NCBI RefSeq assembly: GCF_001949145.1
Contig: NW_019091359.1
Coordinates: 62,001 to 126,000 of the forward strand
Source: Acanthaster planci
Taxonomy: Eukaryota
Direction: 5' to 3'
Length of the DNA stretch: 64,000 bases
The notes below the pieces were generated by a model. That model was given only the letters and a program-made list of their open reading frames with translations, was not told the origin of the DNA and searched no databases. A program made the position numbers and the translations under genes. Positions 12,059 through 24,100 of the stretch are shown here, in pieces; the first letter of the stretch is position 1; every line of letters begins with the position of its first letter.

Positions 12059-15000
12059 TTTGTCAAGAAAAAGAACAAAGGGATTGCATGCGGTACTATC
12101 TTTTAAGTGGGTGGTTGTTGCTCAGTCAGTCAGTCAATTTTTTTTTCTTTTTTTAGCTTTGTTGGATCGTCACCTTCATTGTTGCTACTCAATTTTACCC
12201 AAATACTGTACATACCCAAAATATCAATATCGAGAGTTTTCAGCAGCTAGAGCTTTTCTGTTGTAGTTTTCCTTTTCTTCCTCTGCCAATGCACGCCACT
12301 CCTCGCAAATGTTTTGATTTGCAGGTGTAAAATTCAATGTACTCGCTACAGCTTTTTGCAACATAAATAAGCAGAGTATTTTGATAACGGCGACTTTAAG
12401 CCGTGGTCTTGAGATTTTGTTTTATTGGATTGACATGTTACAGGTTCATATTTATGAGACGGGAAACAGTGCTTTTCAAGCATCATCGTCAATGTCAAAT
12501 GGATTTCTTAATGAACTAAAATTCATGGCCAGATTTTTGGGATTTATCAATACAAATCTACATCCAGGTCAAGGAACCAGACTACATTCACTTATTTGTC
12601 GTTGACTAGATCTTCAGGGCGCTGCCGTTTTTTAACAAAAATTTCCCTCAAAACCAAAATTCCTGTTCTCTTTTCTTTCTAATATGAAAGAGGACATCAC
12701 CAACAACTTGTTTTGATAAGTTATTTCGAAAAAGTAGAATTTGTTCCCTTATAATAGGAACAGGGTGCTGAAGGTAATGAACCCCTAGATAAGGTCACAA
12801 AGAACTTGTAAACATGAAAAATTAGTTCCTTCAACAAGGTAAACCAAGAATAAATTAGAACCAAATTTGTGGTCGTTTTGTACCCAAGTTTTATACCCTG
12901 GACGTCAGTCATAATGAAATGAGGACAGCGCCCAACCTGGGCTAGGACTGTCCCAATTATAGTTGTTATAGGCCTACATGTAGTTGGGGCATAACAGTCT
13001 CAACACGGTCTTTACCTTTCTCTGTGGTTTCCAGGACCAGGCCCGTAGGCTGGAGGGGGTTCGGGGGTTCGAACCCCCCCGCTCTCTCGAGTTCCGCTCG
13101 TTGGATTTTTTTTCTAATAAAAAATTTATTTTAATATGCTGTAATTTTGGGAATATAAGCCACAATTTATACATTGATTCTCACGAGGAAAATGCCTCTG
13201 TGGTTTATAATGAACTGCGGGCAGTTTATATGGCAACATTTAAAGAATGACATCAGTCCCTAAATGCCGGTTCGCGACAAACATGGAGCTTGTTGATGTT
13301 GTGTTCCAAAGCACATTATGATAGGCCTTTGTATACAAATATGTTTTCACAGTGCCCAAAATTCCACTTTTGGTTTGACGAAACCCCCCCCCCGTCTCTG
13401 GTCAGGCAACGGGCCTTGGGACGAGGCCTATAGTTTTTCATTCCTGTAAACTATAAGTGTGGAATAATAAAAGCAAAATACATTGTACTTACTCCATCAT
13501 GTCCGTATCACGTAGGTGTGCCAGCGTTCCTAAAAGCATGCTCAAAGACTAGTATCTTTAAAATAGGCCTACGTAGTGATAGATGATACAAAAAGTCGCG
13601 AACGTGTAGCCTACGTCACCGCACCCACGTGTTTTTGCAGTGTGTCTAGTCGGTCCGCCAACTGCGTCTGCTTGGAGCTTGCCCTGAAGAAGGTACCCAG
13701 TTACTGAAAGCTCGGCAATTACACATTTCGGAGCACTGACTATATATTTCATTCTTATCAATATTCTGAAAAAGGGTTATTGTTGTTGTGAGATTCATGG
13801 CACCTTTGGCAGAAAATAGGTTTTCGATGCGGCGTGAGTTTTTGTGTAGTGACGTCATGCAAAGAANTTGTCAAGAAAAAGAACAAAGGGATTGCATGCG
13901 GTACTATCTTTTAAGTGGGTGGTTGTTGCTCAGTCAGTCAATTTTTTTTTTTTTTATAGCTTTGTTGGATCGTCACCTTCATTGTCGCTGCTCAATTCTA
14001 CCCAAATACATACCCAAAATATCAATCCCGAGAGTTTTCAGCAGCTAGAGCTTTTCTGTTGTAGTTTTCCTTTTCTTCCTCTGCCAATGCACGCCACTCC
14101 TCGCAAATGTTTTGATTTGCAAGTGTAAAATTCAACGTACTCGCAACAGCTTTTTGCAACATAAATAAGCAGAGTATTTTGATAATGGCGACTTTAAGCT
14201 GTGGTCTTGAGATTTTGTTTTATTGGATTGACATTTTACAGGTTTATATTTATGAGACGGGAAACAGTGCTTTTCAAGCATCATCGTCAACGTCAAATGG
14301 ATTTCTTAATGAACTAAAATTCATGGCCAGATTTTTGGGATTCATCAATACAAATCTACATCCAGGTCAAGGAACCAGACTACATTCACTAATTTGTCGT
14401 TGACTAGATCTTCAGGGCGCTGCCATTTTTTAACAAAAATTTCCCTCAAAACCAAAATTCCTGTTCTCTTTTCTTTCTAATATGAAAAAGGACATTACCA
14501 ACAACTTGTTTTGATAAGTTATTTCGAAAAAGTAGAATTTGTTCCCTTATAATAGGAACAGGGTGCTGAAGCACATTGTGATCGGCCTTTGTATAAAAAT
14601 ATGTGTTCACAGTGCCCAAAGTTCCACTTTTGGTTTGACGAACCCCCCACCCGTCTCTGGTCACAGCAACGGGCCTCAGGACAAGGCCTATAGATGAATT
14701 TCATTCCTGTAAACTATACATGTAAGAGTGGAATAATAAAAGCAAAATACATTGTACTTACTCCATCATGTCCGTATCACGTAGGTGTGCCAGCGTTCCT
14801 CAAAGCATGCTCAAAGACTAGTATCTTTAAAATAGGCCTACGTAGTGTCTTGACAGATGATACAAAAAGTCGCGAACGTGTAGCCTAAGTATGTCACCGC
14901 ACCCACGTGTTTTTGCAGTGTGTCTAGTCGGTCCGCCAACTGCATCTGCTTGGAGCTTGCCCTGAAGAAGGTACCCAGTTACTGAAAGCTCGGCAATTAC

Positions 15001-15144
15001 ATATTTCGGAGCACTGACTATATATTTCATTCTTATCAATATTCTGAAAATGGGTTATTGTTGCTGTGAGATTAATGGCACCTTTGGCAGAAAATGGGTT
15101 TTCGATGCGGCGTGAGTTTTTGTGTAGTGACGTCATGCAAAAAA
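12059..15144 (+). repeat. Near-tandem duplication: copy 1 12059-13866, copy 2 13868-15144 (copy 2 lacks ~12772-13311)
   Basis: High identity by eye; both copies end GACGTCATGCAAA.. followed by a single N (13867, 15145). Confidence 0.9.
13038..13418. mobile_element. hAT-like non-autonomous element
   Basis: Starts CAGGCCCGTAG and ends CAACGGGCCTTG (imperfect TIR), with GGGGGTTCG/CGAAACCCCCC subterminal motifs. Confidence 0.45.
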
Positions 15145-16440
15145 NGCCGGCATGGCATTGCTAGGAAAATTGCGCCCTCTCTTGGTCTAATTCGAGGCTC
15201 ACCGACCAGAATTTTTTTATTCACACTGCACTGACTTTCCATTGGCAACTGACACTGGAAATATCGCTACATAGAATTTTTAAGAATGAAATTGTAATTT
15301 TATTTATAGAGTTGTCAAAGTGAGAAAATAAGTTCGCGTTCTACATCATAAACTTTGGTAGATGTGGCGTGTCTGGCTGATTTTTTTTTATCATTTGTTC
15401 CGTTAGACATTTCTTTATTGAGCCTATTTGTTCAATTTCAAATGAATAAACAAATAGCTGACTCAAGTGATCAGTTGGCTGAGCTATGAGTGATTCCAGA
15501 CATTAAGCTGTATGATTGATCAGTTAACTAAACGATTGATATCAGTCACTTAAGTGAGTTAGTTACCTGCACTGATTTCTGGATGTTTTGGTTGCTAATT
15601 GGTGGGTTGAGGTGAGGTTGGTTTGCATTGACAAATTTGAAGCTGTCAATGTGGTGCTAAATTTGGCCCACAACACCAAAAGTCGATTACAACTGGCAAT
15701 TACACACAGAAATCTATAAAACCACTGACGTATACCACTACTTATCCGCCATAAATCAATATTTTATTGTCAAATTCTACAAGTGCATGTTTTATTCCTG
15801 TAAAACACACGACAGTAACAACCAAATAACATATATCTTGACCATTATATCTTATATTATCAATAGTTACTGTATGTACAAAGAATTTTTTTCACATTTA
15901 TTCTAGTCCTCTCCAATCCATTCGTTGGCAAAAGATATGTGAAGCAACTTGCTGTTACTGAAAAGTGTCCTGCTCGAGGACACAGCGAGTCCGGGACATC
16001 AGCCAAGACTTGGCTGTCAGCTCATACCTGCACCTTTACATCGGAAAACCAAACTTGACTGCCAGGCCAAGGTTCATTATTTGGCTAACCTCACAATTTG
16101 TAATCCCTTGTCATGTACATGTATGCATTTTGAGATCTGGCCAGGGCATATCTTATAAAATGAAACGAAAATAAATACAATGTCCTCACTCAGCCTATGT
16201 TCTTTGCTTCTGTTCAGTTTCCATATTTCACTAATATTTCTATTTTTCCACTATATAATCAACCCACAAGTAAATGTAAATAAATCTTTAACATAATCTG
16301 CATCCACCAATCGGTGATTCGGTGTCAATATTCGTCAAATTCAAGTCATTATTAAAACAGCACATTGCAGTGGTTTACCATCCTGCCATACAACCACATT
16401 AGTTGCACTGGGGTCACTACTGGAAGATTAAAAAAACAAA

Positions 16441-16856
16441 NNNNNNNNNNNNNNNNNNNNNNNNNNNNNNNNNNNNNNNNNNNNNNNNNNNNNNNNNNNN
16501 NNNNNNNNNNNNNNNNNNNNNNNNNNNNNNNNNNNNNNNNNNNNNNNNNNNNNNNNNNNNNNNNNNNNNNNNNNNNNNNNNNNNNNNNNNNNNNNNNNNN
16601 NNNNNNNNNNNNNNNNNNNNNNNNNNNNNNNNNNNNNNNNNNNNNNNNNNNNNNNNNNNNNNNNNNNNNNNNNNNNNNNNNNNNNNNNNNNNNNNNNNNN
16701 NNNNNNNNNNNNNNNNNNNNNNNNNNNNNNNNNNNNNNNNNNNNNNNNNNNNNNNNNNNNNNNNNNNNNNNNNNNNNNNNNNNNNNNNNNNNNNNNNNNN
16801 NNNNNNNNNNNNNNNNNNNNNNNNNNNNNNNNNNNNNNNNNNNNNNNNNNNNNNNN
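16441..16856. other. Assembly gap (further gaps at 26085-26804, 32254-32712, 46325-46440)
   Basis: Runs of N; (AAAC)n microsatellite on the right flank at 16861-16889. Confidence 1.
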
Positions 16857-18967
16857 CCCCAACAAACAAACAAACAAACAAACAAACAAATGAATCAAAG
16901 ATGTTTTATCTGTGTCTAAATTTCAGTAAGGTGCATTAAGAAGAAACTTACAAAACTGGTAGTTCCCAGTGGAAACACTGCGTGTTTTGAAATTCCCAGC
17001 GGAAACACTGTGTGTTTTGAAATTGTCTTGTGACTAAACATTAGAGAATGCTGATGAAATCAGAACGACACATGCAAAGCTGATAAAGTCATTGTGAAAA
17101 TTTAAGTTACATAACCATGGCAATACCCATCCGGTCTGGTTCCCTGGAGAACCATTCTGGCAAGGCACTGATAGGGTGCTGATGTGTGCACACTGAATGT
17201 AAGTGTATTTCAAATAAAAGCAGCAATGAACCCACAATGCATCACAACATCTGAAATTCCTTCACAAAATCTGGCGAAAAAGGGTTAGCCCATCTCACCA
17301 CTGTGGAAAGGGATAAGGATGAGACGAAATCACCTGCTTTTCTTGAAGCCTCTTGGGGCATCATTGCGAAGAAACAGGATTTTTATGGGCCATGTGCATT
17401 TTGCTAGCAGTGGTCCATGTTACCTCTGAACACATCCATGCACACTACAGGCTTTCCTTGCAAAACAAACAAACGGTGTACAACACATACAGCTCTATTT
17501 GGCTTAAATGTGTTCTACTTGCATTATGTGACTAAGACAAGAGGCACACATCCTAATGTGGAATCATGGTTGGAAATAACATCATTTGCTGAACTGATTT
17601 CTCTGCAATTCTTGTGCAAAATACATGCAGTGCAGGTACAGTCGCTTAAAGCTCACAACAGCAGAAAAGAATGGCAATTACACATGCAATACGGGCGATT
17701 CACACTACCACCAAGAGTTTGCCATAGATAGGCCACTTTTCAAGTTTACGGCTGACACGCACTTTGTACGTAATTTGGGGATATTTGATTAAGGCCTTCC
17801 CTGCACCACACAAAAACCATCATTTGGACTACCTTCCACCCGTTCACAATAAGCAATTTCCAACAATATAAACAAACAATTGGAAAACATGTAAGTTTTC
17901 CCCGCATGGCACACTCAATGAATAAGACTATTTATCCCATAATGCACAGCAAAACGGCCTCTCCACGACAACCTCTTGGTGGCGCACTACATTGTGAATA
18001 ACCCCTATTGAGATTGCATTTTTGGACAGGCGGAAGCAAATAGAACCTAAGACTCTTGCTGAAGGGTCATAACACTATGTATACGGTGCCAAAACATTGA
18101 AAGTGTAGTTGAATCTTGCCAATGGATACCAGTGACTGTGTCCATGAGCAAGGCACTTTACCACAGTGGTTCCTACTCACACGACTTGTATTATGCATAC
18201 CTCTGAGAGTAGAGTTGGGTTTTTGGTAATGCCTAGGAGACACTTGAATTCAGGATGAAACCAAAGTTGGACTAGCCTTTCATCAATCTCACACCAGTGG
18301 CAGACTTTAAGATTTTTGGCAGCAGCAAACATACCGCTCCATTTCACCAGTTCTGAGCATGCCCGTGTTGCTCGGAGCATGTGCACGTTGATCTGAGCAT
18401 GCTTGCGTAGTGCTGAACATGCATGCATAGTTCTGAGCAAGCGTGCATAGTTCTGAGCATGCTCAATTCTGTGAAAAAGAACTGGTATGTCTGCCACAAC
18501 CAGCGTCTCAAAGTCTCTCACTGAGTCAAAGTGACTGTTAAGCAAAGTCTAAAGAGCTAAGTGTTTCCACTGGTTACCAGCAGCAGCATGTACTGCAAAG
18601 AGCAGCAGGGAGCCAAGATGAAGTATATAATGTTCACCAAGAAATTGGCTGCCTTTCTAAAGTTTAATGTACATTTACATGTAAATGGGAAGTGCAGGGT
18701 ACAGTACATCATTAGCTCATTTGCCACACTGTGTTGCAACCAATGGATATGGGTCTCGAAGGAACCTACGATGAACAGCCTGCACGTGACTGTATCGCTG
18801 TGCATCACAGGACAGAGCTTCAATCATCCTCTTCAGCCGAGACAGTACGACAAAACTAGATGTGTGGAAGACTACAAGAGTGTGACTTTTCATGAAATGA
18901 AGGCCTGACATTAAATGGAACTGTTCCCCAAAGGCAAATAGACTAAACAGACATAAATCCGTGAACT

Positions 18968-19049
18968 TAAAAGAAATCGGGGATACAAGCGGCTTACAGT
19001 TATACATATAAAAGAAATCGGGGATACAAGCGGCTTAACAGTTATACAT
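18968..19049 (+). repeat. 41-bp tandem duplication
   Basis: TAAAAGAAATCGGGGATACAAGCGGCTTA(A)CAGTTATACA occurs twice. Confidence 0.9.
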
Positions 19050-19591
19050 TTTGGTTATAATAATAGAGCCTGAAAGTAAATGGTCACACGGTGAGCTTCT
19101 GGAATCCTCATGTGGCTCGCCTACGAGGATTTTACATGGAACCACCCTATCACGATTGTTGGAGAATGACTTCTGACTGAGGCTACATCCGAATCTGTTG
19201 TCTAGAGCTAGGTCTAGGTCCTCGCTCCATTGGAAATATGTGGAGACGCGCAGATAATAGACCTAGCCGTAGCTCTGGAAGCCCGTTTCGGACATGGCCT
19301 GAAACCACCCTAAGAATACTTAGTCAGAATGCTACTCTTTGTGTTCTTAGAGTAATACTCGCGTAAATGTGACTGGAGATGGAAAAAAACAAGACTTTCA
19401 TCATAAGCCCCTTCACTTTCAATGTCTTCTTATTTATAAATGTTTGTTGAATAACATTACAAATATTCACCTACCTACAGTCGATGGGTTTAGATTTTTG
19501 GGGGCTGGTCTGATGTAGTTCTTGTCAGTAAACATTACATAAGATTTTAGAATTGTACACGAAATTTAAGGCAGTAACCTTTATTCCTTAA

Positions 19592-20179
19592 CCGCTTCCT
19601 GCCGGGGACTCCGGAATCAGAGACGTATGGTTTATATGCGTGGCCAGGGTCTCCAAACTCGGACAAAGGAAACAGGGCCCTGTAACAAAAGACCGTACTT
19701 TGAACAAAAGACCAAGCTGCTGGGCATTACCGACATTTTTCACTCTCAAAAGTGGTGATAATCCAGCCTAGTTTTGAAACCGTATACCAGGGTTTGGGGC
19801 ATTGAAAGCAAGCGGATTACCACCGGGGACAAAAGCGCTCCACCACCCCAGCGATGAGCCACACAGCACCACTGCACGCTAATCTGGCCCCTATTGAAAA
19901 GAGGTCAGCAGTGCACTGAGCCAGGTTCGTGAACAAAAGACAGTTATACAACACCGCACAATCTGGGCTCTGTTTACAAGGCTGCAGGCCTGGCTGAAAT
20001 ACTCGGGCATCAATGAAGGTCACCAATCAACTTAGAGTAGTGCCTAAAGATTACTTCATGTGGTTCTAAACGACCGTTAAATCAAATGATAAATTTTTAT
20101 AGGATTTTGAAAACAGAAAAAATGATAGTCATGCCGGCTCAGCATCATCAACATTGAAAAATGCCCCGGCATGAAGTGG
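19592..20179. mobile_element. TTAA-flanked (piggyBac-type) MITE, family A
   Basis: TTAA|CCGCTTCCTGCCGGGG ... CCCCGGCATGAAGTGG|TTAA; homologous to 48591-49176 (inverted) and 63277-63845. Confidence 0.85.
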
Positions 20180-21045
20180 TTAAAGTTTATTTCCTTAAAA
20201 ATGGTAAACTTCCAAATTTATTTTGGTCCCTTTTTTAACAAGGTGTTTACCTACAGACTACCATAAAATAATTTTGTAACTTTCATCTGTGTACAATACA
20301 CCACACTGCACAGGTCATCACATACTTAAGATTTTTGGAAGTGAGAAGTCACTTTTCCAGCACCATAATCCAGGCAATTTTAAAGTTTGTAGAAATTAAT
20401 ATGCTAGTAAATATTTTACGCAGGTCATTTTCGGAGGTGGTTTTTGTTAAGAAGTAAATGAACAAAACTAATTGCAGATTCTTACATTTTTGCACATTGT
20501 TTTTCCTATTTGAGGGTTCCAGGAGCAGGTAATCAGGGGTCAACTTTCAGGCTCTATACCTAGATACAGTGAAGCTAAAAAATTCTTGTGTCATACATCG
20601 GCCTGTACTCTCTTTCTGTTACATTTCATTGGTGACAAAAAGGCTGGTAAAGATTGCTTGTATTCATTAAAAAAGAGAAAAAAAAAATATCTTTGATCGA
20701 GGATATTTCTGGAGGGGTGCAATTTTAAAATGTCACGTGTAGAGAAAACTGCAGAATTAACATGAATCAGTAAGTTACCTGTAACTCATGTTTAAAATAA
20801 AAGATTTGACCAGCATGAAAAAAAAAAACAGATGACTCAGTGCACAAGAGAGAAAAGTCGAAAAACTTACTCTGGGCAGACCTCAAGCTAACTCCAAGTT
20901 ATGATATGCAATGTTGCTAGGAAACCTTTTGAATCCTCCAAAAACAACTGACCCCCAATGATGTTGATTCTGAGAGCACTATCACCCAATTTAAATAAAA
21001 GGCTGAGAGTTTTTTTCACAGAGAGATACAGACCACGCCAGGATT

Positions 21046-21143
21046 TCAAGCGATAAGGAGCCATATGACGAAGAGAACAGCCACCCAGAGAAACACCTTG
21101 GAGAGGAACTGCTCGTCGGGGTTGGGCGGGGCTTGCGGACGAT
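21046..21143 (-). CDS. RNF185: RNF185 last coding exon (TM tail)
   Basis: [34 protein letters not shown]. Confidence 0.95.
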
Positions 21144-24100
21144 CTGGGGGAGGAGGAAATCAGAATGAAAATATTACATTTAGTTTCTCTGAGTGACCCA
21201 CTACACTTCAACAAATGTGTCTAAAAGGCCGCAAAGGTGCTCTAATTTTATGGAATGACCCATATACACGTATGAACACTTGTGTCGGTGCTCTGTGAAA
21301 TGTACTCAGGATTAGTCATCAGAAAAAAAGCTGCACAAGTGACACATCTTTGAGTGTTTTTCTTATGTAAGCTCAGCTTCTAATTTAATGCCATTTAAAG
21401 ACAAGGTGCGTGGGTAGGACTTTGGTTTCACTTTTTTATACAAATTCAGTGTGCAGCTAAGTGATGACGGATGAAAATTAAAACCGCAAGTGAGGTCGGG
21501 TGGCACTGGTTTCAAACGAAATGAACTGAACAACACTTCAATATTGCATGCATTAGTAAAAGTCTGTTGTATCTTTTTTAACCACATTCAAACTAAAATG
21601 GACACTTTTTTATTTCCAATTTCCAATATGAAAACTAATGACACAGTAACAGAGTGACGTATGCAGTCCAATGATGTCCTTCTATTACCACAGCAGCACA
21701 TAGCTTTACTTGATCATTGCAAAGTCCGAACTTCAAAAGAAATCTCTATGATAAAGGGACACTTCAATCAAAGAACAATAGAGTCTAGGCCCTAACTTAG
21801 TACTGCTATCTGATAGAGCAGGATAAATGGTGACAATCCCTTCCAATAAGTCAGTCTGTTGCCCACGGAATTACCCTTTTTCAGTTTATTTGCCAGGAGA
21901 TTTCACGCTTCATTTTTTCAAAGGCCTAGTTCTCAATGGAATATTCAAATGAATACTTCCAAATCACACTATATGATCAGAAATCTGTGCCATTACCAGA
22001 CAGTTACTGAGAACAAGACAGCAATCAACTTACGTGGATGACCCATAAATCTACCTCCATCCCCGAGATTAAACGTGGATGCAAAGAAGCCAAAGGGGAA
22101 CGCCCCTATGCCAAACGACATCTGAAACCCACCATCGCCAAACCCAAAACCTTGGAAAGGCTGGAAAATGAAAGCAATAACAACTAGAGAAAAATACACA
22201 TACTGCATTCATTTTACATTCAATGTTAAGAATATTTTTACCATTTGAGCTTTGTTGTCAATGCCTCCCTCGAAAAACACCTCTTTTCACATCAGAAATT
22301 AATACTGTCTGCCCGCATTTTTCACCCACTATTCATGGAGTTGCTGAACTGGGTGATACCATATATTGGCCTTTCTATTAATTTGGGGTCCAATTTGTTA
22401 CATGTCCCTGTCACATCTGACATATGATTGTGTAATTTTAGAACACATTCTTTGATTTCCAAGAAGGATTAAATGGTGCAGATCACCTGCAAAGCAAATC
22501 AAACTAATTTAAAAACAATTTAAATCATATTTCGTTGTCAAATTACACAAGTCGGGAGTAACAGAGACACCAAAATGTCACACTTTTCAACCCCAAATAT
22601 ACAGAATGACTCAGATCTAAATAAAGAGTTCACTGGGCCCTGATTGATACAAAAACTACTGCCAGAACAATGAAGTGAAGACCGTTTCTGTGGGATGTGG
22701 TCCCCTTTTTGAAGATCTTGGAAAGCTACATGTATTTGCTGAACAGTCACATGCAATCACGTGGGGTACTGATTCACGGGACCGGGTCTACGGATGTTGA
22801 TACTGGATGCAAATTCAAACATACATGTATGTCTGACAGCTAAAAGACCTTTGTACGGGGCCCCTGAAGGGACATTCAGTGTATCTTTTTTTTATCTTGT
22901 TTGCATGAAAAAACAGGTCATGTGAACATGGTTAATGAAATAAAACCACTCATGTGCATGATATGTACGTCGTGGGCATGAGATGATAATACAGTCGAAC
23001 CTTGTTAATAAGACTTGGCAAATTACCTTGTTATAACAGGAACTTGTATTATCAGGAATGAAAACAGTGAAAAACAAAGGATTGGGCTGTAAAATTTTCC
23101 TTGTTATAAGCAGAATCTTGTATTAACAGTGCTCTTATTAACAAGGTTCGACTGTACTATGTTGTGTGCAAAATATTTTTGAAAAAAATGAATGTCCCTT
23201 TAGGGGCCCCTTACCTATGCTTGTTATCACCATTCTTTCATCTATTCTAAAAGCACTCTATACACAAAATATATTTTGACTGAGTAAAAAAAATCAATTT
23301 TTTTTTCAATAACTGAGGATGGACAGGGTCTTTCCTGCAAAATCGTGTCACCGGAATTATGGCATCAGGGGTATTGTTGTAAGTAATGGCACAAATGGGG
23401 AAAATGTAGTTACATGTAAAATCCATGGGCTACTGGGAGGGGCAGGTGCACTTTTAATCCCATACTCAAAAATTAACAGTCGAGTCTAAGTTTGCTATGG
23501 GCATTCTGTAAAACAAAACAGGAGTGAAAGCAATGAAGAACAGTGAATCAGGAACTAAACATTTCCTTGTTAAAAGCAGAAACTTGTATTAAATGTGGTC
23601 TTATTAACAAGGTTTGACGGTACCCAAAAGCTGAAGAAATGTGGTTTCTTGAGCAGGTACTATCAACAAGATAAAAAAACAAAATCAAAAACTGAAACGT
23701 TTTAGTAAAATAAAGGCACTTCAGATATTTGGTCCGTAACAGGTATTCTTCTCTCAATAAACCTTTTGTGAATTAAATTGGAATAAAATCTGGTATATCG
23801 GGTTATCTAATTGCACAGTAACACAGCAATTCCCCTGAATGAAGACACTGTTGCTACACCTTGTGATTCAGGGCAAGCTTTTGCATAGTGACCACCATCT
23901 CTGGGATGGACTGGTTCCTTTGTGCTCTTCTTATCCATTGGAAAATAGTGTATTGGCGCAAGGCATCTCTTATGTAACTAAGCACAAGATTGCCCCGAAT
24001 CAAAAGTATAGTTACACAGTCTTCAGTAGAAGAATTTTAAGAATTCAAATTATGTTCACATGAATTTCAACAACTCAGAGTACCAGATTTTATTCAAATT

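Noticed and set aside
16352..16939. Long ORFs spanning N runs (also at 25938-26904, 32162-32804, 46196-46525)
   Set aside because: Artefacts of translating gaps.
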